Shown one piece after another: positions 19,202-28,903 of a DNA stretch of 64,000 bases; position 1 is the stretch's first letter; every line of letters begins with the position of its first letter. The notes under the pieces are model-generated. The model searched no databases and was not told the origin of the DNA. It saw only the letters and a program-made list of their open reading frames with translations. The DNA lies in the NCBI GenBank assembly GCA_963831465.1, contig CAWHQH010000039.1:108892-172891 (forward strand), read 5' to 3'. Made by a program: the position numbers and the translations under genes. This DNA is from Terriglobia bacterium (GTDB lineage Bacteria > Acidobacteriota > Terriglobia > Terriglobales > Acidobacteriaceae).

Positions 19202-19234
19202 CTGGTGCTATTGGTTCTTGCGCACCCATCTCCG

Positions 19235-19999
19235 TCAGCCTCGCGCAAAATGCACTAACGCAAAGATTCCGAACCAAAGAAATGCCAGATAGTGCCAATA
19301 CCAGCCGGTTACCTCCACCGCGATTCTCTGGGATTCAAATCTGATGGCCAGCAGCCGTCCGGCTACGGCATACATAAGCACCACCAATCCTCCCACCAGG
19401 TGGACAGCATGGGTGCCGGTCAGGATATAAAACAGGGATCGGCTAGGATTAGAAGCCAGAAAGGCTCCCTGCGTTCGAAGGATGTTCCAAACCAGTACTT
19501 GGCCCCCAAGAAAGCAAAAACCCAGAAAAACCGTGATGCCAAGCCACGGCAAATCCCGCCGGAAGCGTGGGGGCACGATGCCCATGGCGGCAAATTCTTC
19601 TTTCTTGGCCATTGAGCGGCGAGCCAGTTCAAGCGTCAAGCTGCTGAACAACAAGACGATGGAATTGATCCATAATTGGAGATAGGGAAGTGTTAGGGGG
19701 ACCCAGTCGCGGACCCAGCGATGCGCGTCTTCATCAAAACGCCCTTTGCCCATGCGGAAAACATAGACCATGGTGAGCAGAACAAAGATTGCTGTAACGG
19801 AAATGATGCAGAGTGTCATGGCGATGCGGTAGCGCCGCATGCGCTGCTCACGGGAATGAAAATCGCCGGAATTGCCATGGTCGCCGTCGTCGCCACCACC
19901 ATAGCCTCGGCGATGCGGAATTTTACCCGGCCCTCCACCGCCTAGCCTGGGCTTGCGTTCGACTTCTACTCGATCGCTAATGATCGGCATAACACTCAA
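19235..19999 (-). CDS. coxC: Cytochrome c oxidase subunit III
   Basis: Polytopic protein with a TGTHAVHLVGG-type motif. It lies directly downstream of coxA. Confidence 0.85.
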   Translation of the reverse strand: MSVMPIISDRVEVERKPRLGGGGPGKIPHRRGYGGGDDGDHGNSGDFHSREQRMRRYRIAMTLCIISVTAIFVLLTMVYVFRMGKGRFDEDAHRWVRDWVPLTLPYLQLWINSIVLLFSSLTLELARRSMAKKEEFAAMGIVPPRFRRDLPWLGITVFLGFCFLGGQVLVWNILRTQGAFLASNPSRSLFYILTGTHAVHLVGGLVVLMYAVAGRLLAIRFESQRIAVEVTGWYWHYLAFLWFGIFALVHFARG

Positions 20000-20025
20000 A
20001 TATTTAGATGGCGTGGCTGCCTGAT

Positions 20026-21747
20026 CTAGCTGGCCGCATCTTGCATCACAAAATCTTTCTTAACTCCTGAAATATTGTACTCATAAGGCCCGTGATTTAC
20101 CTGCGGCCTCCGATCGCCAAATCCTTCTGCGGGCGCGGGAGATTTCAACGTCCACTCCAACGTGCTGCATTCCCAGGGATTGGCTTCTGCCACCGGGCCC
20201 TTGCGCATGCTCCAGAAGAAATTCACCACAAAAATAATTTGCCCTGCCAGCGTTACGATAGCTGCGAGTGTCACGAATTTCTGCAAAGGCGCCATGGCCG
20301 TTACATATTGTACGCCGCTCAATTCCGAGTAGCGGCGCGGATGTCCGGCGATTCCCAGCAAGTGCATTGGCATAAATGTGGCGTAGGCCCCAAGTAGAGT
20401 GATCCAGAAATGCCACTTGCCTAAGGTTTCATTCATCATGCGGCCAAACATCTTGGGAAACCAAAAATATGTAGCGGAAAAAATGGCAAACACCCCCGCC
20501 ATCGCCATGATTAAGTGAAAGTGCGCGACCACAAAATATGTATCGTGCAGATAGGTATCAAGCGCCGGCTGGGCCAAGATTGGACCAGTGAGTCCACCGG
20601 TGATGAAAAGAGATACAAAGCCGACGGAGAATAGCAGCGGCGTCGAGTAACGAATTTTCCCTCCGTAAAGCGTCGCCACCCAATTAAAAGTCTTGATGGC
20701 TGAAGGAACAGCGATCGCGGTGGTAAGGGTGGAGAATGCGAATCCGGCATATGGGTCCATACCGCTGACGAACATGTGGTGTCCCCAGACCATGAAGCCC
20801 AGCGCGCCGATTGCTAGCGTGGCCCCGACCATCGCCTTGTAGCCAAAAACCGGCTTGCGCGCGAAGACCGAGAGCAGATGGGACGTTACGCCCATCGCGG
20901 GGAGGATGGCGATATAAACCTCAGGGTGCCCAAAGAACCAGAAGAGGTGCTGCCACATGAGCGGCGAGCCTCCGGAATGATCGATCAGTTTCCCGCTGAC
21001 CAGCAGACCGCCAGGGATAAAAAAGCTGGTTCCTGCGTGCCGATCAAGCATTAGCAGGACCACGGCGGCCAGCAGGATACCGAAAGCAAGAAGAATGAGA
21101 ATCGCCGTGACGAACCAGCTCCAGCAGGTTAGCGGCATGCGCAGCCATGTCATTCCGGGAGCCCGATATCGAACCGTTGTCACTACAAATCCGACGGAGC
21201 TCATCAGCGAGGACAAGCAAAATAAGCCGATGCTCACCAGCCATAAATCTGTCCCTAAACCCTGCCCTGGCCCCGCCAAGGCGAGAGCGCTTAACGGCGG
21301 GTACTGCGTCCATCCAGCGCCCGATGCGCCGCCCGGAACTACAAAAGAAGCCATCAACACAAAGAATGAAACCAAAGCGGTCCAGAATCCCGCAGCCGTG
21401 AGCCGAGGAAATGCGATCTTCGACGCGCCCAATTGCAGAGGAAGAAAAAAAGTCCCAAACCCGGCTTGCGGAACCGTGGACAGCACAAAGAAAACCATCA
21501 ACGTTCCGTGCATGGTCAGGTAGGCAAGATAATCTTCCGGCTTGATCTCACCCAGGCAGGGAAGCGTTGCCTTGGGCCAAACCAGATGGATGCGCATCAG
21601 CAGGGAAAGCCACGCTCCGACTAGTACCGCAGCCAGTGACAGAAAAAAATATTCGCGACCGATAGCTTTGTGATCGATGGTGAAAATGTGGCTGCGCAGA
21701 AATGATTTGTTGGTTAATTCGACGCTGCGGCCTGGAGGAGTGCTCAT
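20026..21747 (-). CDS. coxA: Cytochrome c oxidase subunit I (heme-copper oxidase, A-type)
   Basis: WFFGHPEVYIAILPAMG, HHMF and VAHFH are the canonical His ligands and the His-Tyr motif. Confidence 0.95.
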   Translation of the reverse strand: MSTPPGRSVELTNKSFLRSHIFTIDHKAIGREYFFLSLAAVLVGAWLSLLMRIHLVWPKATLPCLGEIKPEDYLAYLTMHGTLMVFFVLSTVPQAGFGTFFLPLQLGASKIAFPRLTAAGFWTALVSFFVLMASFVVPGGASGAGWTQYPPLSALALAGPGQGLGTDLWLVSIGLFCLSSLMSSVGFVVTTVRYRAPGMTWLRMPLTCWSWFVTAILILLAFGILLAAVVLLMLDRHAGTSFFIPGGLLVSGKLIDHSGGSPLMWQHLFWFFGHPEVYIAILPAMGVTSHLLSVFARKPVFGYKAMVGATLAIGALGFMVWGHHMFVSGMDPYAGFAFSTLTTAIAVPSAIKTFNWVATLYGGKIRYSTPLLFSVGFVSLFITGGLTGPILAQPALDTYLHDTYFVVAHFHLIMAMAGVFAIFSATYFWFPKMFGRMMNETLGKWHFWITLLGAYATFMPMHLLGIAGHPRRYSELSGVQYVTAMAPLQKFVTLAAIVTLAGQIIFVVNFFWSMRKGPVAEANPWECSTLEWTLKSPAPAEGFGDRRPQVNHGPYEYNISGVKKDFVMQDAAS

Positions 21748-21750
21748 GCT

Positions 21751-22545
21751 TTAGTGGCTGGCAGCCTTCTCCTGAGCCTTGATCCACGTTTGAAATGCTT
21801 CTTCGCTCAGCACCCGCACCACGGCCCGCATGCGATAGTGACCAAGACCACACAATTCAGCGCAGGCAATCTCATAGTTTCCTATTTGAGTGGGAGTGAA
21901 ATGCGAATGGATCTCCATCCCCGGAACAGTGTCCTGCTTAAAGCGCATAGCTGGAATAAAAAGACTGTGGATCACGTCTTGCGCGCGAAGATGCAAGTGC
22001 ACCGAGTGGCCGACTGGCACTATCATAGAGGTGGAGAGAATGTCGTCGTGTCCCGCCGGATCGCCCGGATCGATGCCCAACGGATTTCCCTCATCCGGCT
22101 TGGCAAACTTCTGCGCGTCTGTTCGACCAAATACTCCGTCAGTTCCGGGATAGCGAAAATACCATTGGAACTGCGCTCCAGTTACCTCAACTTCGATCTC
22201 GCCTACCTGCTTTTCTGCTGGCATCATGCGTGACCACAAGCGCTCGCCGGAAATATTGAACCAGAAAAAAATGATTGTGACTGCTAGAGTCCAGGTGACC
22301 TCCAGCTGCCAGCTTCCCTTGGAAACCTTGTCATCTGTGGGCGGCCTTTTTGACAGAACAAGGATGAGAACAAGATGGCCGACAATGAACAGTGTCCCAA
22401 ACACCCAGAACGCGATTTTGAATTGGTGATCGATAGGCGCGGAGCTTGAGGAAACACCAAGAGGGAACCAGTAGGGATGGGAGAAGAAAAGATACGCGCA
22501 GCCAACGATGATCAGTAGCAGCGCGAGCGGAAGCGCTCTAGACAT
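21751..22545 (-). CDS. coxB: Cytochrome c oxidase subunit II (CuA)
   Basis: Has two N-terminal helices and the CuA site H...CAELCGLGHYRM. Confidence 0.9.
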   Translation of the reverse strand: MSRALPLALLLIIVGCAYLFFSHPYWFPLGVSSSSAPIDHQFKIAFWVFGTLFIVGHLVLILVLSKRPPTDDKVSKGSWQLEVTWTLAVTIIFFWFNISGERLWSRMMPAEKQVGEIEVEVTGAQFQWYFRYPGTDGVFGRTDAQKFAKPDEGNPLGIDPGDPAGHDDILSTSMIVPVGHSVHLHLRAQDVIHSLFIPAMRFKQDTVPGMEIHSHFTPTQIGNYEIACAELCGLGHYRMRAVVRVLSEEAFQTWIKAQEKAASH

Positions 22546-23123
22546 TATTTCCGCCGATGGCCATTCTCAACCATCTTGACGAACTCCTGGTGGACGCGTG
22601 TGTCGTCTGACAATTCGGGATGAAAGGTCGCCGCCATTATCTTGCCTTCGCGAACCAGAACCGGATCGCCATTTGCTGTGGCCAAAACCTCAACGCCTTT
22701 TCCTGTGCCAACAATCTTAGGCGCGCGAATGAATACCATCTCCAGCGGTTTTTGGCCTAACTTGGTCTCGGCTTCGCGAATGGAGCTGTCAATCTGTCGG
22801 CCAAAGGCGTTGCGCCGGATTCGTATATCCATGGCTTCCAGCGACTTTTGCGGAGGGTTCTCAACGTGTTTAGCTAGTAGGATAGCGCCGGCGCATGTTC
22901 CAAAAGTTGGTTTGGTAGAAACGAAGTCGCGGAGCTTTTCCAGAAACCCACGCTCTGCCAGAAAGTTCAGAAATGTGCTGGACTCTCCACCCGGAATCAC
23001 GATGCCATCAATGGCATCGAGCTGCTCCGGCTTGCGCACCAGAACCACCTCTGCCCCCAGTTGCTCCAGCCGGGACTTATGCGCTTCGTAGTCGCCTTGG
23101 ATGGCTAAGACGCCAATTTTCAT
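22545..23123 (-). CDS. pdxT: Pyridoxal 5'-phosphate synthase glutaminase subunit
   Basis: MKIGVLAIQGD..., GTCAG (catalytic Cys) and FHPEL. The start was trimmed from the track ORF to the conserved MKIGV. Its stop overlaps the coxB ATG (TAATG). Confidence 0.9.
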   Translation of the reverse strand: MKIGVLAIQGDYEAHKSRLEQLGAEVVLVRKPEQLDAIDGIVIPGGESSTFLNFLAERGFLEKLRDFVSTKPTFGTCAGAILLAKHVENPPQKSLEAMDIRIRRNAFGRQIDSSIREAETKLGQKPLEMVFIRAPKIVGTGKGVEVLATANGDPVLVREGKIMAATFHPELSDDTRVHQEFVKMVENGHRRK

Positions 23124-23142
23124 CGCAAACCTAAAACCTATC

Positions 23143-23282
23143 AGGAGACACGGAGACACGGAGAAAAGCAAGGCAGGAACGACGGCGAATAAACACTAAG
23201 CCCACATTAGATTCGCGTTCCTTCGCGTGATTCGCGGCTAGCTTTTCCGGTTTTCTCAGTGTCTCTGTGCCTCAGTGGTAGG
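23143..23282. repeat. Palindromic REP/MITE-like element between pdxS and pdxT
   Basis: The left arm GGAGACACGGAGACACGGAGAAAAGC pairs imperfectly with the right arm GGTTTTCTCAGTGTCTCTGTGCCTCAGTGG. They are separated by an ~80-nt core. Confidence 0.45.
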
Positions 23283-23286
23283 TGTT

Positions 23287-24300
23287 TCACCAACCTCTTG
23301 TTTGCAGCATGTCTCCCTCAGCCATTGCCGCTACCGCCAATCCCTTCATCGCGCCAACCAGATCCTCACTGACCTCAAGTAAAACTTTAGGATCATCAAA
23401 ATGGGTGCAAGCGCGGACGATGGCTTTCGCGCGCTTCTCAGCTTCTTTCGGCTCGCAAAAGTTGATGCCGTCGGCCATGAAAATTCCTGACCCCACGAAC
23501 ACGGCTTCCGCTCCCAGCTGGCGGACTAATGCGGCGTCGGCTGGCGTAGCAATCCCGCCGGCGGAGAAGTTCGGCACTGGCAGCTTGCCAGTCTTGGCGA
23601 CTAGACGTACCAGCTCAACAGGGGCCTGCAAATCTTTGGCTTGAGCATAAAGTTCTTCTTCAGAAAGGGCCTTCAACGTCTTCATTTCACGCATGATCTG
23701 CCGCATGTGTTTTACGGCATGAACCACGTCGCCCGTTCCGGCTTCGCCTTTGGTGCGAATCATAGCCGCGCCTTCAGCAATGCGCCGCAGGGCTTCACCC
23801 AGATTGCGTGCGCCGCAGACAAATGGAGTCTGGAACGTGTGTTTATCCACGTGATGCGCTTCGTCGGCAGGTGTTAGGACTTCGGATTCGTCAATGTAGT
23901 CGACGCCCAGAGCCTGGAGGATTTGCGCCTCCGCGAAGTGGCCGATACGGCACTTGGCCATCACCGGGATGGAGACCGTCTCCATGATCTCGCGAATCTT
24001 TTTGGGCGAGGCCATACGGGCAACGCCGCCCTGTGCGCGAATCTGCGCCGGGACGCGCTCCAGCGCCATCACCGCTGCAGCGCCGGCCTTTTCAGCGATC
24101 TCCGCCTGGCGAGCGTCGGTTACGTCCATAATCACGCCACCCTTGAGCATCTCCGCCAGACCAGTTTTAAGGCGCAGTCCAGCATTGCCGTTCAGCACGG
24201 TTCCACCGCCGTTGGACGTGACGGTGACGCTGTGACCGTTGGAGGTGGGTTTATGCGCCTTTGCCAGCGAAGCTTCTTTCTTTCCCCGTGATCTAGACAT
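23287..24300 (-). CDS. pdxS: Pyridoxal 5'-phosphate synthase lyase subunit
   Basis: [20 protein letters not shown] and [12 protein letters not shown] are near-invariant PdxS motifs. There is a ~25-aa N-terminal extension. Confidence 0.95.
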   Translation of the reverse strand: MSRSRGKKEASLAKAHKPTSNGHSVTVTSNGGGTVLNGNAGLRLKTGLAEMLKGGVIMDVTDARQAEIAEKAGAAAVMALERVPAQIRAQGGVARMASPKKIREIMETVSIPVMAKCRIGHFAEAQILQALGVDYIDESEVLTPADEAHHVDKHTFQTPFVCGARNLGEALRRIAEGAAMIRTKGEAGTGDVVHAVKHMRQIMREMKTLKALSEEELYAQAKDLQAPVELVRLVAKTGKLPVPNFSAGGIATPADAALVRQLGAEAVFVGSGIFMADGINFCEPKEAEKRAKAIVRACTHFDDPKVLLEVSEDLVGAMKGLAVAAMAEGDMLQTRGW

Positions 24301-24392
24301 TGCGAACTCCTGCGCCGTGTCACGCGGTGCGTCACGGCAACTTGTAAGGCTGAAACTCTTATTTTACTCGGTTAAAAGGATTTCTGCTGCAA

Positions 24393-24899
24393 TCAAGCTT
24401 TTGTTTTAGCAGGAGCATTGACGCGCACTGGAACTCCCAGTTGTGCGAACATCTTCTCCGGATCGATGGCAATAAAGGTCCCGGTGCTGCGGGCCAGAAC
24501 ATCGCCCTTGGCATTAATGATTTCGGCCATATTGATGTGGCGACGTCCTTCCACGCTTTGCTCCTGCGCGGTGACGGTAAGCGCCTGTCCCAGCGGAACC
24601 GGCCTGAGATATTTGATTTCCATGGAACTGGTGAGGGCCAGCACGTTGCGGAATTTATTCACTTTGCCCATCGCTTCGTCCAGGATGGTGGCGATAATGC
24701 CGCCATGCGAGTGTCCGGGAGGGCCGGTATATTTGCGCGAGAGCTTGAATTGGCAAATGGCCTGGCGGGATTCTTCGTCAAGCGTGAACTTCAGCCGCAT
24801 GCCGTGGGGATTGTCATGCCCGCAGCCAAAACAATGGTTTTTGCGCGGTTTGGGTTTGCCCTGAACTGCGTGGCCGTGTGAGATTTTCCGTTTTGCCAT
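24393..24899 (-). CDS. PaaI/hotdog-fold thioesterase with N-terminal Cys motif
   Basis: HGGIIATILDEAMG is a hotdog thioesterase signature. CFGCGHDNPHG lies at the N-terminus. Confidence 0.8.
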   Translation of the reverse strand: MAKRKISHGHAVQGKPKPRKNHCFGCGHDNPHGMRLKFTLDEESRQAICQFKLSRKYTGPPGHSHGGIIATILDEAMGKVNKFRNVLALTSSMEIKYLRPVPLGQALTVTAQEQSVEGRRHINMAEIINAKGDVLARSTGTFIAIDPEKMFAQLGVPVRVNAPAKTKA

Positions 24900-25011
24900 T
24901 GGGTGTGAAAAACGATTTTAACATTCGGCGCTGGAGGAATCTGGCAAGCGCATGGACGTTGCGGCTATGAGGCTTTGTCCAGGGCTGAATGCTGACTACT
25001 GACAACCGTGA

Positions 25012-25599
25012 CTATTTCTGCGCCACCAACTCCGCCACGCCTTTCTCTTGCATAGTTTCGTGATAGTGCAAAACGCGCATGGATGAAAATTCACGCAAGA
25101 GCTCATTCGGTTCAAGCAGGAACATGGGATGGCTGGGCCCACCTGCAAAGTTTTTTTGTTCCGTCGTGTAGGTCTTGTAAATTAGAAATCCGCCGGGTTT
25201 GAGGGCCGCGGCAAAAGCAGGGAAGAGTTCGCGCTGGAGAAAGTAGAAGACCAGTACAAGGTCATATTGTTCGCGTCCGAAGTCTTGGATAGAATGCAAA
25301 TCCGCAACTTCGGCCGTGATGAGAAATTCCTTTGCCACCGGGCCCAGTGCGCAAGAGGCGTTCTTCTCCGCCAATCCAATTCCGACATCGGAAATGTCGA
25401 TCAGCCTCGTTCGCCATCCCCGCTGTGCCAGCCAGATCGCATGACGGCCCACTCCTCCCGCGATATCCAGGGCAAGTCCGGGAGTTGTGGCAAAAAGGAA
25501 CTCATCGTGAGCGCTCACGAGAAAAGGATCGGGCTCAAGTGAACTGTGTGACCGCTCACTGTACTTCTTGTCCCACAGGTTTTTCTCGTCAGTGGCCAT
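25012..25599 (-). CDS. Class I SAM-dependent methyltransferase
   Basis: LDIAGGVGRHAIWLAQRGW matches SAM motif I, and the size is about 195 aa. Confidence 0.8.
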   Translation of the reverse strand: MATDEKNLWDKKYSERSHSSLEPDPFLVSAHDEFLFATTPGLALDIAGGVGRHAIWLAQRGWRTRLIDISDVGIGLAEKNASCALGPVAKEFLITAEVADLHSIQDFGREQYDLVLVFYFLQRELFPAFAAALKPGGFLIYKTYTTEQKNFAGGPSHPMFLLEPNELLREFSSMRVLHYHETMQEKGVAELVAQK

Positions 25600-25602
25600 G
25601 TT

Positions 25603-26982
25603 ATGCCACTAAGAATAACCGCAATTGTCGCTATTTTGCTGCGTTATACTGGAGCTGTGAGCCCCGAGAAGGAAAAGACGTTTTACCTGGAGACCTTTGG
25701 TTGCCAGATGAATGTGCATGACTCTGAAAAAGTCATCGGCACGCTGGTTCATCAGGGTTATCGTCAGGTGCAGACCGTAGAAGAAGCGGGACTGGTCCTG
25801 TACAACACCTGCTCCATCCGCGATAAGGCTGAACAAAAGGTCTTTCATCGACTCAACGACTACAAAAAGCTTCAGGCGCAAGGCAAAAAATTTGGCGTGC
25901 TGGGTTGTGTGGCGCAGCAGGAAGGCGAAAAGATTTTTGAGAAGGCGCCTTATGTTTCAATGGTTGCCGGCTCGGCCTCTTACCGCAATCTGCCTGCAAT
26001 GCTGGTACAGATTGAGGCAGGGAACAATCGTGTTACCGGCCTGGACGACCGCCAGACCGACCTGACTTTTGAAACCGACTTTACCGCGCGGACCAATCCG
26101 CATCGCGGCTACATCACCATTATTGAAGGTTGCGACAAGTTCTGCGCTTACTGCGTTGTGCCGTATACCCGCGGCAAAGAACGCAGCCGGACTTCAGATT
26201 CTGTAATGGCTGAAGCACGGCAGATGGCCGATCTGGGTTACACGGATATTCAACTACTCGGCCAAAACGTCAACGCTTATGCCGATCCGCTGGGCAAGAA
26301 GACTTTTGCCGAACTGCTGTATGCCATCGGCGAAATCGCTGGCGTGCGCCGGGTGCGCTTTACCACCTCGCATCCCCGGCACTTCAGCAAGGACATCGTG
26401 GATGCAATTGAAGCCTCGCCGCGCCTGTGCGACCACATTCATCTGCCTGTACAAAGCGGATCGTCTCGTGTGCTGAAGGCAATGAACCGCGAATACACTC
26501 GTGAGATGTATCTGGAAAAGATCTCATGGATGAAAGCCGCCAAACGTCCACTTTCAATCACCACGGACGTCATTGCCGGGTTCCCAAACGAGACGGGAGC
26601 CGAATTTGAGGAAACGGTTACTCTGCTGCATGAGTGCCAGTTTGATGCCGTGTTTACCTTTAAGTACTCGCCTCGTCCCAACACGCCTGCCCTGGGCATG
26701 ATTGACAGCATCAATGATGCGGAGAAGTCCAAGCGCCTGCAAATCCTGCAGGAACGTCAGCGAGAGATCCAAAGGATCAATTATAAGAAGCGAGTAGGGC
26801 AGATATTTGAAGTAATGGCCGAAGGCAGAAACGAAGCGCGCGGACAGATGATTGGGCGCACATCGCAGAATATCACCCTGAATTTTACTGCGCCCCAGGA
26901 AGCCGTGCCGACCGTGGGCAGTTATGTTAACGTGCTGGTTACCAGGAGTTTCCCCAATAGTTTGCTCGGCGAAATGGTGTAA
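25603..26982 (+). CDS. miaB: tRNA-2-methylthio-N6-dimethylallyladenosine synthase
   Basis: Has the UPF0004 domain (TFGCQMNVHDSE), a radical-SAM CDKFCAYCVVP motif and a TRAM C-terminus. The true start may be the GTG near 25657. Confidence 0.9.
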   Translation: MPLRITAIVAILLRYTGAVSPEKEKTFYLETFGCQMNVHDSEKVIGTLVHQGYRQVQTVEEAGLVLYNTCSIRDKAEQKVFHRLNDYKKLQAQGKKFGVLGCVAQQEGEKIFEKAPYVSMVAGSASYRNLPAMLVQIEAGNNRVTGLDDRQTDLTFETDFTARTNPHRGYITIIEGCDKFCAYCVVPYTRGKERSRTSDSVMAEARQMADLGYTDIQLLGQNVNAYADPLGKKTFAELLYAIGEIAGVRRVRFTTSHPRHFSKDIVDAIEASPRLCDHIHLPVQSGSSRVLKAMNREYTREMYLEKISWMKAAKRPLSITTDVIAGFPNETGAEFEETVTLLHECQFDAVFTFKYSPRPNTPALGMIDSINDAEKSKRLQILQERQREIQRINYKKRVGQIFEVMAEGRNEARGQMIGRTSQNITLNFTAPQEAVPTVGSYVNVLVTRSFPNSLLGEMV

Positions 26983-27011
26983 TAAAGCCTGGGGCGGCAG
27001 GAGAAAATGCC

Positions 27012-27497
27012 ATGGAAGTTGAAATGAAAATCCGCGGACTGATGATGGATCCTGTCACCAACATGCCTATCGTCGTCCTGAAAGACGTTGGCAGCGATAC
27101 GGTCCTGCCCATCTGGGTGGGCGTTTATGAAGCAAATGCCATCGCCCTTGAGATTGAAAAAGTAACCACGCCCCGCCCAATGACGCATGACTTGATCAAG
27201 AATCTGCTGATCGGCCTGGATACACACGTTCATAAAATTGTGGTCAATGAACTGCGCGACGACACGTTTTTCGCCGTAATTTGGATGGAACGGGAGGGAA
27301 GAGTTATCAGTATTGATTCCCGCCCCTCAGACGCACTGGCACTTGCTTTGCGCCTGGATTGCCCCATTTACGTTGAGGATGAAGTTTTAAAGACTTCCAA
27401 GGTTGCCAGTACCGCTGCTGACAAAGTCTCTGCTGACGATCTGCGTAAATGGCTGGAGGGGCTGAATGACGAGGATCTGGGCCATTACAAGATGTAG
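27012..27497 (+). CDS. Bifunctional nuclease family protein (DUF151)
   Basis: PIWVGVYEANAIALEIEKVTTPRPMTHDL is typical of DUF151/BFN. Confidence 0.85.
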   Translation: MEVEMKIRGLMMDPVTNMPIVVLKDVGSDTVLPIWVGVYEANAIALEIEKVTTPRPMTHDLIKNLLIGLDTHVHKIVVNELRDDTFFAVIWMEREGRVISIDSRPSDALALALRLDCPIYVEDEVLKTSKVASTAADKVSADDLRKWLEGLNDEDLGHYKM

Positions 27498-27541
27498 CAT
27501 GCAACAGTCACATTCAGCTGACTCTGGATGCTAAGCACTGA

Positions 27542-27865
27542 ATGCTTCCTGAAGAACAACTCCAACGGCTTTATGTCGCCGGCTTTGAGCTGCAAACATT
27601 CGACCGCTTTCCCAAGGCGATTGGTGTCCTTCGGGACAACTGCCTGGCATTTCTTGTGCCCGGTCCCGATGGTCTGCAGATTCTTGGTAACGTCGGCTGG
27701 CGCATGGGTGAAAGTCTGGGTCCGCTGGTGGAGCGCGGAGGCCGTAAGGTTTTCATCCATAAGCAAGAAGTAATCGATGCCACGCCTGAACGGATTGCCA
27801 CGCTGGATCGATTTCGATCAGATTTGAAAGCCATATTGCGGGGCGAAGAGGCAGTTCAACAGTAA
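27542..27865 (+). CDS. Hypothetical protein (107 aa)
   Basis: Clean ORF with balanced composition. I recognise no family. Confidence 0.45.
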   Translation: MLPEEQLQRLYVAGFELQTFDRFPKAIGVLRDNCLAFLVPGPDGLQILGNVGWRMGESLGPLVERGGRKVFIHKQEVIDATPERIATLDRFRSDLKAILRGEEAVQQ

Positions 27866-27882
27866 TCGAGGCCCACCGAGAA

Positions 27883-27967
27883 GCAAGAAAATCGAGCTAT
27901 TTAACTTATTTTACATAATATCTGTTATCAGACGTTGATAATATCGCTAGCTCCTCGATTTTCTTGC
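27883..27967. repeat. Long inverted repeat between convergent genes (possible bidirectional terminator or MITE-like element)
   Basis: GCAAGAAAATCGAG (27883-27896) and CTCGATTTTCTTGC (27954-27967) are perfect 14-nt complements. They enclose an AT-rich spacer that contains TTATCA-GACGT-TGATAA. Confidence 0.5.
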
Positions 27968-27975
27968 CCCAATGG

Positions 27976-28854
27976 CTATCCCTGTAAAACCACTTTTGGT
28001 TGAAACAGAGTGCCCGCCACCCGCCGCGCGATAGCCAGCAGTTCCCTTTGGCCTGCAAACACCCGGACAATGGCCGCCTTGCTGAATTCTGGCAGGTTGA
28101 CCGCGCCGCCATGCCGGATTCTGGCGGCACTTTCAGGTGACGCGACAACTGCGGGAAATTCCGGCAGCACCAGCCGGGGATGGAGAAAAAGATCGTCGAG
28201 CTTATTGTTGGCCCGGGCATGTTCCAATAGCTCCAGGCTTTGAGCTTCATCAATTGTGAATTCACGGACAGCCGTTCTTTTGAGTGCGGCCAGATGGCCG
28301 CCAGGGCCCAATTTTTTTCCGAGATCGTGCGCCAGTGATCGCAGGTATGTTCCTGAGCTGACCCAGGCGCGGAAGCAAACTGTCTGTCCGTCGCAGTCAA
28401 AGAATTCCAGCTCTTTGATTTCGACCTGCTTAGGTTTCAGTTCTACGGGCTGTCCTTTCCGTGCCAGCCGATGCGCGGGAATACCGGCAATTTTTTTTGC
28501 GGAAAAAGGCGGAGGATACTGCGAGATTTCTCCAATAAACTCCGCGGCAGCATCCTGCACCTGCTGCAATGAAAGGTCGGTAGATTGCTCAGGGCCGGTC
28601 GGTTGGCCTTCGGCATCGTAAGTATCGGTTGCCCAGCCAAAGCGAATGGTGCCTTCATACCGCTTGTCCGCTTCGTTATAGAACTGCGCCAGACGGGTGA
28701 AGCGGCCAAGGACCAGCGGCAGGACGCCAGTCGCCATGGGATCGAGCGTGCCAAGATGACCCACGGATTTCTCGCCGACGATGCGGCGCACGCGCGCCAC
28801 CACGTCATGCGAAGTCATTCCAGCCGGCTTGTCCACGATCAATACTGCGTCCAC
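27976..28854 (-). CDS. truB: tRNA pseudouridine(55) synthase
   Basis: GHLGTLDPMATGVLPL is the catalytic Asp motif, and a PUA-like C-terminus is present. Confidence 0.9.
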   Translation of the reverse strand: MDAVLIVDKPAGMTSHDVVARVRRIVGEKSVGHLGTLDPMATGVLPLVLGRFTRLAQFYNEADKRYEGTIRFGWATDTYDAEGQPTGPEQSTDLSLQQVQDAAAEFIGEISQYPPPFSAKKIAGIPAHRLARKGQPVELKPKQVEIKELEFFDCDGQTVCFRAWVSSGTYLRSLAHDLGKKLGPGGHLAALKRTAVREFTIDEAQSLELLEHARANNKLDDLFLHPRLVLPEFPAVVASPESAARIRHGGAVNLPEFSKAAIVRVFAGQRELLAIARRVAGTLFQPKVVLQG

Positions 28855-28903
28855 TTGAGTAACTCCGTTGAATCAAGCATCATACTGAAGAAGTTGCCAC
28901 CGC

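Noticed and set aside
22545-23171. Longer pdxT start (MLFSVSPCLLIGFRFA...)
   Set aside because: The extension is translated from the REP-like spacer element. The conserved PdxT N-terminus MKIGVLAIQGD starts at 23123.
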